A DNA stretch of 64,000 nt from Sphyrna mokarran (taxonomy: Eukaryota). A model generated the notes under the pieces. The model was given only the letters and a program-made list of their open reading frames with translations, was not told the DNA's origin and did not search any database. The stretch is from contig JAGIQG010000016.1 of the NCBI GenBank assembly GCA_024679065.1, forward strand, positions 13,516,001 to 13,580,000, given 5' to 3'. The position numbers and the translations under genes were made by a program. The number at the start of each line of letters is the position of its first letter. The stretch's first letter is position 1. Positions 50,578-61,569 of the stretch are shown here, piece after piece.

Positions 50578-53006
50578 GTAAAGACCTGCGCCTGATAAAC
50601 ATGATTTCTAATTGCAGTAATAGGATGCTGGTGTAGAAATATTCATTGTGCAAAAAAGTTATCACCTTGAGTGTATGTGAACTGTTAGATATTTAGTAAC
50701 TAATGTCGAACATGAGTGATGTAACATGACCAACCTGCACAGAATGATGGTCCTGTTATCCTAGCGGCTAAAACAAACTATTCCTAATTATTATTCCTTC
50801 CTATGCATTAATTCTAGCTGACTGCCCGTTCCAACTACGTTTAGAACAACAAGTTATTGTCTCAGCTATCTCTCTCTTTTTTCTTCGCAGCGGTTCTTTA
50901 CAGAAGGGAATAATGAAAATTTGGCACGTCAACTCTAAATAATGATTAGCAGCATTGACCTTTATATCTAGCCTACAATCGATTTCCATTGATTATTGCC
51001 TTCATTCCTGCCAATAATCAAAATGTCAGTGAAACCTTCTGTCAAAGTAGCCTACAGTTTTCAAATCCATTCCCTCAAATGTGTTTCCTTTATATTTCAG
51101 TAGTTGTTAACAATGCATTTGTCGTTTGATAAATACGTTTGATTTTCTCAATTGTCCTGAAGTTAAGAAGTGCAGCCTTCAACTCAGTGCTCGGGAGTTC
51201 ACACGAAAAGTCATCAATGCACGGATGTCAAATGAATCTCTGGAAATCAAAATTTGCAGAAAAAAATGTGCCTGTGTTTCAAATGCATTTGCGATATAAA
51301 ATTTACACAAAATTTGGACGTGAATATTGTGGCTTGTCGCACGAAGGAATACAGCAGAATATAAAATTAATTCGTAATAATCTTATTTTACTGTGCAACA
51401 TGAGAAAAACGTTGAATGTGTTTTGCTGTTCCTAACCGACCACCAATTTGAGCCATTATATCTTTCAAAGCTGTAATGCTACAGTAATTACATTCTCCTT
51501 TCTGACCTGATATTACGTTTTACCATTGCTTTGATAAAACGCATTTTGATACATATGTTTTCCTCACATTATAAACTTCGTCAGAGACAATACCTTATAA
51601 TTCATTCTAAATTGTAAACTGCTGTACCCTGGAAAGCATTGAATAGCCATCGCTAATTTTCATTTTAAAACGGTGTAGAGCTGAACATTTTATCTGCTAC
51701 ATTTCATATGATGTTGGGTGTCCCACAGGATTGTTGGGGGTTCACGGGATATCAAAAAAATTGCCCCACTGATAGTTAAGTAACAGTGATTCATTTCCAA
51801 CTCCGGATCGTAGATGGCTTAGAGGAGTCCTTGCAACTGGCAGTGTCCAAAAAAAAAGAAAATGCTTGTCGGCCTTGAATGTAGTAGGTGAGTATTATTT
51901 GGAGTCTACATTCTAAAGGAAATTACTGACCACCAGTCCTTTTTTGATAATATCGGCAATGGTTGCGTGACTATCAACTGCTCAACTCGTTAAGTTTAAG
52001 TTTATTCATCAGTGTCACAAGTAGCCTTACATTAACACTGCGATGAATTTACTATGAATATACCCTAGCTGTCACACTACGATATCTGTTCGGTTATACT
52101 TTGAGAAAATTCTGCATGGCCAATGTACATAACCATCACGTTCTTCCGCTTGGGGAGCAATCTGGAACATCGGAACAACTAAAATTGCAAAAAATGTTGT
52201 GAACTTTGCCTTGACTGCCAATCCCTTATTCTTCCAGAACTCGAAGCAAAGGAAAAACTTGATGGTGAGCAAAGAGATTCCCATTGCGGAACAGAAACAT
52301 AAGGGTCTAAACTCTTAAATGATACCGCCTGGTGTTTATAGCAATGCCGAAGAGCTCCACACCATCGTTCAAGTAAATTGCTCCTTACTGAGGTTGTACA
52401 TATTACATATCAAATTAGCAACAGCTTATTAGTTGTTGGCTAATAGCAGTGTACCTGTTTTTCATTACAGTCGCTCGCGAAGTCAATCGTTCTTAGTTGA
52501 GACATGACTTCAAGTGCATCGGAATAACGAATATCCCATAATATCCGAAGTATTTTGTACAAATGACGACTAAAGTTCATTCATCTCCCTACAGATTCAG
52601 ACAACTACGATGAGTCTTTCCATAGAGACGTGTCGATTTCAGAATCACAAGCATTGTTTCAATTTCCTGCTTAACATTTCCTTCCTCCCACTATATTTGT
52701 AGTATCGCCATCGGGAACGATGCAATACTCCAATTCTGATATATTGTCTGTCCAGGAGGCACCCAGTTCAATCGAAGCTCCTCATGTCCTCAATAGACTT
52801 CCCTGTTGGCTGTCAAATTGTTTCCTCTATTTTTGTACTTATGAAAAATCTTAAGCTATATCGAAAATCTAAATCACAGATCAAAATTATAGATCCCTGT
52901 TTTCATAAATCTGGATGCATCCGAAGGAAGGTTTCCGCTCTATTCACATAATCATTTTGACCGTGAATGAATTCACTATTCATTGCTCTTCTGCTTTAAC
53001 GTGTAG

Positions 53007-53033
53007 ATGAGGAGGCACGAGAGAAAAAGTCAG
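53007..53033 (+). CDS. Microexon type B, 27 nt, phase 1-1: (D)EEAREKKS
   Basis: ctcttctgctttaacgtgtag|ATGAGGAGGCACGAGAGAAAAAGTCAG|gtatca. Confidence 0.75.
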
Positions 53034-53767
53034 GTATCATTCTATGATAAATGCGTCTTATGCAGTAAATGTGAATTTTGCCCCCTTTTGTGGGGGGGGG
53101 GGGTGGAATGGGCGTCATATGCCGCAAGGGTGCTTTATCCAAATGTTTATCATTATATGGTCGCCACATAGCTGACGGAGTAAAGGAGGAGGGGGGGGGG
53201 GTGAATACTGTTGCTTCACTTTGTTTGAATGGGCAACGAATATGTTCTCAACGGGCTCATGTGAGATTAGGGGAGCAAAAATAGCTGAAACTATTAAAAC
53301 TGTTTAAAGATTATAATTTTGCTCTAGTTTGCAATGTAAGAAACAAAGGCTGCATGACAATATCAGGGGGAAAAATGGTACAATGCATTTCTAGTGTCTG
53401 ATGAATAAGTGATCTCTCTGGCATTTAAAACGTCCACATAGAATGACAGATAGGTTTTTGCATTAATGACCTGTTGGACAAATAGCACGTGTGTTTCAGT
53501 GCATCTTTAATGGCTTAAAGTTGCAATACTTTATTTTCAGTTCACATCTGCTAAATTTGATTTAAGAAAACAATCATAGGACACTGCAAATGTTCAGGAA
53601 TCATTTTGCTAAACTCCATCTCCAAAATATTCCATCTCTCGCCTTCGAATACAGTCTCATGTATCAACTTGTGTTTGTAAACGAGGTGCTTTATATTGAG
53701 AGGAAGGTAGCCTGCTGAAATGTAAACATTCATTTTGTTTTTGTTTTTGTTGTTCTGTTTGGTACAG

Positions 53768-53803
53768 AAATATTGGGGTTACAGAAAAATATAAAAGATG
53801 CAG
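53768..53803 (+). CDS. Microexon type C, 36 nt, phase 1-1: (E)ILGLQKNIKDA
   Basis: ttgttctgtttggtacag|AAATATTGGGGTTACAGAAAAATATAAAAGATGCAG|gtatgc; ~730 nt after a type B exon. Confidence 0.75.
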
Positions 53804-54319
53804 GTATGCACATAACTGAAACTGGAATCCAAAGACAACTAGTTATTTAGCTTCCAACATCCATCGCTCGTCTGACATTTAATTTTGTCACTACTGGCGT
53901 ATGAGGTACGAGTGTTCTATAATGTGTGCTCTGGTCGCAATGCTTTCATTAAAAAAAAAGATTGTTTTCCTTCCAAAAAGTCAAATCAGCTTCAGTTAAC
54001 TTAGAAATGAAAAAAAAATCCTAAAATCTAAATGAAGTCTTTTTTTCCTGATTACATGCCTTGCAAAGTGTGAATGCAATTATAAACTATGCCATAACGC
54101 CAATAAATAAAGGACAGAACTCTTTATGCGATATATGTATTTAGCATCATCTTCACATTTGAGAAATAATGGTCTTAAGCCACTCCTCGATTTGCATGAC
54201 ATCTCGGGCAACCAACTCTACCGGTCAAGTATTTCAAAGCAGGTCTCATTTTGGATCCTGTAGTGTAAGTATCGTTCTCGAAATTCTTTGCGAATGCATT
54301 GCCTCCAATTAAGATGAAA

Positions 54320-54568
54320 TTAAAGTTTATTTATTAGTCGCAAGTAAGGCTTACATTACACCGCAATGATTTTGCTGAGGAATTTCCTGTTCAGGTCAAT
54401 AGACATAATCAGCACGTCTTTCAGACTATGGGAGGAAACAGAGCACCCGGAAGAGACCAGAGACAGTTATAGGGAGAACGTATAAATTCAGCAAGACAGT
54501 GATTCAAGCCGGGAATTGAACCCGATGTTGTGAGGCAGCAGTGCTAACAACTGTGCCACCGTGTCACC
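54320..54568 (-). mobile_element. HE1-like SINE
   Basis: 'gggaggaaacagagcacccgg..gggaattgaacccg..gtgaggcagcagtgctaac..gtgccaccgtg'. Confidence 0.85.
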
Positions 54569-55289
54569 TACATGTGTCTACCGAATCGGACTATGCCTTA
54601 AAAAATAATACACTGAGCAAAGTGTGCATGGATTGGGCATGTGGAATTTTTAGAGCATATTTTATTATTTTTTTAATATAAAATGTTCATCTAGAACTGA
54701 ATTAACATGATGCCATTCGTAAATAGCAACACCAAAATTATGTATCACTGCACATAGCACAATGTGTAAATATTCTTGCACAAATGCAACTTTCATTTAT
54801 TTATCAGAAAATACATCTTGAGGCTGTGCGTGGTTCTTCTGCTCTTCCACTGATCATTTCGTTGTGGGTCATGAGTGTCCCCCATGTTATACAGTTCGTT
54901 TACTGACTTAGACACGTGGTATCTGTTTCAAAGCATTGACACATCATTTCTAAATTCTGCATCACATGGAATCATAGAAAACCCGACAGCTCTGAAGCTG
55001 TGAAGTAGCAGTGCTAACCACTGTGCTGTCGTGCTGCCCACAAGTGGCATTTTCAGGTTGGTTATCTCTTTTGTTTCTTTTTTCTAGTCCATTTGTTCCC
55101 TTGAAACATTTCAGACAAGTGTTGTTACTTGCAATCGTTGCACATGCCCTTCGCAAAGTTATGCTGAAACAGATTCTTATTTGCAAACCCACTGATTTGG
55201 TAGAAACTCTGTTCAATACATTTTGAATAGCCCCATTGATGATCCTATTATTGGTTTGAATCAAAGAATGCATGGCCTTGTTCACACCT

Positions 55290-55582
55290 CACAGAATCAT
55301 ACAATCCCATAAATCTTACAGTGCAGAAGGATGTCACTCGAGCTATCCAATCAGCACAGACCATAATCCCACTCAGGTCCTTTTCCCGCAACCCACTAGA
55401 ATAACACTGTTAATCTTCTTGAAATTGTTGTTAATTTAGCATGAAAAATCAACATAATCCCCGTTTCTTTACTCAGTGGCAGGGATAAAAAAAGAAGCAC
55501 CTAGGGGAGACTGTGCAGACTCGGCATGACGGCGATGCGCGTGGGCGCTGTAAGGCAGCTGTACTAACCAATATGCTGCCTT
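55290..55582 (-). mobile_element. Degenerate HE1-like SINE
   Basis: Tail 'cagaatcatacaatcccata' and head 'gtaaggcagctgtactaacca'. Confidence 0.6.
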
Positions 55583-56445
55583 GCTCACCCTTAACAGAAA
55601 CAGGATAGCTCTCTTGCTGGCTCACTGTTTTTTTTTGCAGTTGTGCCAGTTTTACATATGGTTGTTGCATAGAAATCAATTAGCTGGTGGGTAATGCCTC
55701 CCAGATGTTCAGCATAAGATGTTAAATCTGGGTTCATTGTTTTTATTTATCAAGAGCGGTCGCAGAAATGAGATGTTTTCATCGTGCAGATCAGATCCGT
55801 TTCTGATGTTATTGTTACCAAATCGAGAAGAGAAAGAAGGATATCTTGCCATTACTTGATTATTTGCAGTTGTTTTGGATGTCCACACACCACAACTTAA
55901 TGCACTTTTTAATATAGGGGAAATAATGACGTGGTGATTTGGGAGACTTACATCTGAGATGAAGTAAAAGTAGCTAAATGATTAAAAAATGACTTTTCTG
56001 ATTTTACAAGAAAAATTATATTTGGTAGAAATTTTAGACAGAAAATAAATTTTTAAAAAATCTAATAATGTGTTGCGCATACCTACGTAAACGTATTTTT
56101 CCCCGATACTACCGAAGAAGTTTTACATGTAGTTAATTCCTACCTTTTATGTTAATATGTTGGTGACCACCACCAAAATTGCAAGTCACCGGGAAGCACA
56201 CGATGAATTATCCACACGAGTTAATTTCTCTGACATTTACAATGTTGTTATTTTATTAAATGTGTGAAATATTCTCTGGATATGAATAAATACCTCTGCA
56301 TTCTGAACTTGATTTTTCCTGTAACAATTTAAAAGCAATAATTCTTAATTCATATTGTCTTCCACTGCTTTCCTTGCGAATGCGTAATTCTTCAGCAATC
56401 CTGTTTTTTCTTCACATCAAGTTTCCTTGCCACTGAAAGCAACAG

Positions 56446-56474
56446 AATATGAATTCACATCATACCAATTCTGA
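56446..56474 (+). pseudogene. Type A-like exon without a donor that runs into a stop: (E)YEFTSYQF*; either dead or an alternative terminal exon
   Basis: gcaacag|AATATGAATTCACATCATACCAATTCTGA; a tgcgaatgcg motif lies ~70 nt upstream, as for other type A exons. Confidence 0.35.
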
Positions 56475-57042
56475 GTTGCTGCTACTGAACGGCACTACGT
56501 CATCGGGCTTGGTTACTCTAAACAGTATTCTGCTTCGTCCCGATAATGCATTTCGTCCTAGAAACAATTACGTACAATGCTGCGTGTTTTATGATGGCGA
56601 CAGACGAACATCTTACTTCCCCAACATCCTTACACTGCCCACAAACGAGGGAAAGTTTTTGAATTATCGCTTTAACAAAACTATGACAGTTTATTCAGTG
56701 TCGTTGCAAAGTAAATCTCGTACGTAAAACAAAGGACATCATTGTTATTCACTTTCAAAACAATCTCGGGCTATATTAAGTTATTTGCTCTACCATATGT
56801 TGATGAAATGTAAGTTGCATTACGAGAATATTTTCTGGAAAAAAAGGGCCTAAATGTGAATTTTACACGGGTTAATGAATATATAATCTCAAATACGAAG
56901 AAAGTATGATGAACTTTGGGGAACAATATATAGATTTCATATTAAGAGAGTAAAACGTGACATTTTCAGCCAATTGCCTCAACCTACTACAAAGTTTGAT
57001 ATGGTTTACAAAATTTACAATCAGATTTATCATTTGAAACAG

Positions 57043-57069
57043 AGGAACAGCTGCGAAAGAAAAACAATA
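57043..57069 (+). CDS. Microexon, 27 nt, phase 1-1: (E)EQLRKKNN
   Basis: tttatcatttgaaacag|AGGAACAGCTGCGAAAGAAAAACAATA|gtaagc. Confidence 0.7.
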
Positions 57070-57856
57070 GTAAGCAAGCATGCTACAACGAATTGCCTTG
57101 AGGCATTTAAAATCGTTTGAATTCAGTCTTTTTGGCATTGTTTGCACATCGTTTTAATGTTTTCCTTGCTGAAATCAATAGTATTGACAATTACATTCTA
57201 ATCCTAAATGATATTTCAGTCCTTCCCGTGAACATCTATGAACACGAACTTTTAATTTCGAACTTCATTATAAACTCTTGGGAGCCCTTTGCAATGTTCT
57301 CGAACCGACATGGATTGCCAAGAATGTCGATGCATGTTAAGGGCATCACTTAGTTAGAGCTACCCTTCTATTCCTGACCAAGCTGTAAGTAATTTACTTC
57401 AGACACAGTGATATCACACAGCCTCACACTATTTGATCTACAAACAAATTTAGCCGACAGCAACATACGTGGAAATATTCGTTGTTACAGCACATAACGC
57501 AACACGGTACTTTATAATCCATCCAGCTGCACACCACCAGTTCCTGTAGCGCACCACTCGCCCCGCCCCCTTGCCCACCTTCCACATTTTACGCGCAATC
57601 ACACCACTAAACTCCACCTCGCCTCAAAGTGCTGCAACGATCTCAGTAGCTCTTCCAACATTAGGTTCGAACCGATGATCACATTTGTGGGGTTCTAAAA
57701 AAAATGCTGAAGTGGAAGTGGTGGCGATGGGGGGGAAGGGGAGTGTGGGGGTAGTGTTGTGGGGGGAGTGAGTTGGAAGGAGGAAGTGCGTATAAAGGCG
57801 CTGTTGATGGCGCGAGCAGATGACACCATTTGTTTTGTGGATACTTGGTTTGCAAG

Positions 57857-57883
57857 AAGAAAACGACATTTTTAGCGAAGTAG
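57857..57883 (+). CDS. Microexon (D-like context), 27 nt, phase 1-1: (K)ENDIFSEV
   Basis: gatacttggtttgcaag|AAGAAAACGACATTTTTAGCGAAGTAG|gtaatt; the acceptor context resembles that of 50563. Confidence 0.5.
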   Translation, partial: KKTTFLAK

Positions 57884-59043
57884 GTAATTCGAGGGACAAC
57901 TCTGTGACACAAAGGATATGAGGAGATGATAGGGCGCAGGAGAAGCAGGGACATGAATTGTATGACAATGAATTGTTGCATACAATTGATTTTAACCTTT
58001 TATATGAACATGCAGGGAAGCAAAAGTAAGCGTTCATTTTCAATGATATTACTTCCCGTTGATGTTGAATTACCCAGAAACAAATGAAAAGCGATCTCGC
58101 CTCATTTTCAGCATCCAGTTCACTGCAGTATATTTAGGGAACAATTTCACAATAATAGAGAAGGTACACAAATTTGTCCGGACAATTGAAGTGACTGGAA
58201 TGTCACGCAGTTTTCTAGCTAATTTGAATCAGACACCGAGTGACAGGGTCAAAGTTTAATTGATAGAGGAGCTTGGAATCCTGGAAGTTTGAAACATGAC
58301 ACTCGGCACTAAACATTGCATTGCTGGAAACATCGAGAAATTGAAGATAACAGCAAACAAATATGCCAAAATCGTAACAGCCCCAAATCAAGAACAAGAA
58401 CCAGCTCATAATTAGACCGAGCCAGCTTCGGCACCATTCTCCGAAATGCTCTCTTCAAATTACCTAAGCCTTCGAATGGTCCCTAAAGATTGCAATCCAG
58501 TTCCTCACCACCAGCTCCAAATTTAGCAAAGTACAAATGTTGTTGTCTAAGCATGGATTTTATATTATGCTTCATTCTTTTCTGGAATTTGTGGCAACGC
58601 CAATACTTATGAAGCTCCTGTGCATGAAGCTTAGTTAACCATGCGAACAATCTCTGCTTCCCATTAGTAAATGTCCCAGTTATGCTGCTTGACACAATTA
58701 ACTATCAATTTTTCCAGTACTTTTGCTATCGTTCTGGTCGACTGGAGTATTATGGTGTAATCAAGGAGTTAAGATTTCCCAGGTTTGCATGAGGCTGGCG
58801 TCCCGAATGCCAAAAATATAGAAGACTTCCAGTACTATAATTAGTCCTGACATTGAAGAGGGTCGGTACAAGGCCAAGATACATCTCTTTGCCCTCGTTG
58901 TCCAGCAGTCGGCAATGCGCTTCAGACTGAATGTCTGATTTTTTTTTAATTTTGGGGGCGTTACTTTAGTCCATTTTCGGGCAGAGACTGAGATGACGAT
59001 GAATTAGAAGTCGGTTCAGATCTGGCTGAGAGCGTGTTTACAG

Positions 59044-59058
59044 CTGATGATTTTATCC
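59044..59058 (+). CDS. Possible 15-nt phase 1-1 microexon: (A)DDFI
   Basis: gtgtttacag|CTGATGATTTTATCC|gtgagt; weak pyrimidine tract. Confidence 0.3.
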
Positions 59059-59394
59059 GTGAGTACGGAATGCACTGGCAGCATTATTTCCTTTGCAAAA
59101 TAAGCGTTTGAATAACAGCGGCACCTATGAACTCATAAGAGACGTCATGCCCATTCTATGACAGCGACTGGCTTCGATTTGAAAATAAAGCACAGGTGAA
59201 GAAACGTACGTTTCGCAAATTAGAAAGAACATAAGTAAAAAAGAATGGACATGTATTTCTTTATGAGGCGAATAAATGTGGCGAGCTGTAGCCCCCCTGA
59301 ATTTTAGAGGAGTGGCACAGGTTCAGACAGAAATGGACAATTTAAAGGAGATGTGTGGGAGAAGATTCTCACCCAGTCGGGGGTGGGGTGAGTA

Positions 59395-59935
59395 ATCAAA
59401 GAACAAAGAACAAAGAATAACACAGCACAAGAAACAGACCTTTCAGCCCAACAGGCCCGTGCCGTCATTTTTACATTCAGTGAGCGCCTCATACCAATTC
59501 TTCTTCTATCTTTGAATTTTGCCTACACCTCTTGGACTCCACAACAAAGATTTGCAAATTTAGAGAACTATATGTGTGCCAGACTGAGGAAGGTCTAAAA
59601 TAGGGACAATGTGTTAACACCAATCAACCTAAAAGCACGTTTTGGGGATGTGGGAGGAAACCTGAGCACCAGGAGAAAACATACGCAAGCACTGGGAGAA
59701 TGTGCAAACTCCCACAAACACCGAATGAAGTCTGAAATCTAACCTAGGTCCATGTATCTGCACAGCAAACATTGATAGTCACTGATTTATCGTATTGCCC
59801 ACCAGTTGGTCCAGTTTAAGCGTACACTAACGACGTGAACAGAAGGCAACTCTCGAAGTACGTCCAAGAGCAGCCCTCACACGACCAACCGCGTGTATGC
59901 CCCCTGTTGGCCATCAAAGCGACCAAAAGCCCTGC
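59395..59935 (-). mobile_element. Sister-subfamily 3' end of the SINE-tailed CR1
   Basis: Shares the spacer 'gcgtacactaacgacgtg..ccaagagcagc..cgcgtgtatgcccc' and the HE1-like segment with 38965-39440; (TTCTTTG)n tail. Confidence 0.8.
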
Positions 59936-59937
59936 CA

Positions 59938-60120
59938 GATATGTAGCGGAGGCAGGCACAACAGCAATATTTAAGCGTTACCTAAAAGAACACATTAATA
60001 AGGAACAAGAAGAGAGACGCTTTTAGTGTAAGGGAATATTTTTGTTTTAGCTCAGGCATCATGATCATCACATGCTTAGAGGGCTTTTTCCTCTGCTGTT
60101 GCTTGTAATGTGTTTGTTCA
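59938..60120 (+). mobile_element. CR1 3'-end fragment
   Basis: 'VAEAGTTAIFKRYLKEHIN' is typical of a CR1 ORF2 C-terminus. Confidence 0.7.
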
Positions 60121-61569
60121 TCGTGTCTATCGAATAGAGACATTTTAAAGGGAAGCAAAAATAAGTGCACATAAAACAGCGTGTCCAGTTATCAATATAC
60201 TTAACTACCATTGTTACATTAGAACTTCGTGCATGGTACTCATTTATATTGCTATAATAACTACTCGTATTAATTGCTTACAGAACGATTCGGTTGGTAC
60301 AATATACGATTATGCTTCATTTCCCGCATTATTTCAAAATAAAAGTACACCACCTAGTACTGAATTTCAATTTTCCCTCGGGTCTTCTGAGACACTGCCA
60401 CAGATAAAATAGCGCATATTTTCACAGGTCTTGCGGAGTAAAGATGCAAAAGCTTTTCACAATACGATAGATGTTGTCTATCGAAGTACTTATAAAGCTG
60501 CAGTAGACCTATCAAAGTTGGCACATAATTTGCCTTGTAATATATGATATTAAAGTTGTTGCTTTCAAATCCGCGGCTAACTTCAATGTCTTGAGGAAAC
60601 TTTGGAAGATTACAAGTCAGAGATTCATTATTTGTGCAAAATGTTATTACAGACTGCAGGTGCCAACCAATGTACTCAACGTTACAAAGATAAAACCTGG
60701 ATAAACTCAACAAGTCCGCCAACATCTGTGGAGTACAAAGCTGTGCTTTGTTTCCACGTCATGAGACACAACTTCAAGCGGACAAGGAGCGTCTCAAATT
60801 TCTGTCCTGATATTTTTTAATTGTATTATTAGCTATTAACTTGGCTATTTTTGCATGTCTTTTTAATATTCATTTCTGCTCTTGTTTAATGCAAACGATA
60901 CATGTTGAATGTCCTTTGTTGTAATTACACGTGCACAATTCATTACACAGCCTGCGTATTTCCCATTACTGATACACTGATCTTTTATTTGTGAGAACAA
61001 CAATTCTTTTGACTGCATTTTCATTGATGATGCCTGTATTTGAAAGACATTTAACTGCCTGGTAGAGAATCGCATGTTTTGTCTCAGTACAAAACACGTT
61101 TTCTTTGAAACGGTTTATGATCCACAGCAGATTTTCACGTTATTGAGAATCATGTTATATTTCGGAGTGATTATATATTTAGTCGCTCAGTTTTTTTATG
61201 CGTAAATAAGAACACTTTAAAATAATATTTTTGTGCTGGGAAAACATCAAACGTCTCCCAAAATATCTGTCATAATTTCCTTTTTCAAGTAAGTTTCATT
61301 AGACGTTCATCAACTTTTTGAGTTGTAACACTAGATGCATATCACGTCTTTACGTTCACAATGAAAATCGAAGTTACATGTTATTGTCGATGTTGTCTGT
61401 ATGTTTGTTAACATTTTAAACAAACGACATCCCATTTCGCATTACGAGATGTGATTTATTATCTCTGACCTTTAGCTCTATAAAGAATTCCACTAAGGAT
61501 TACATATCGTGAATTGGTATCCCAGGTCATCTGCGCAAAATTGTTTTATCTAATAAGAATAAAGGATTT

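Noticed and set aside
51844-51894. Strong donor TAG|gtgagt
   Set aside because: No intact upstream acceptor giving an open phase-1 exon.
57720-57800. G-rich tract followed by TATAAAGG, promoter-like (similar TATA-like word at 13094)
   Set aside because: It lies within the inferred introns of the array with no downstream first exon or other support.
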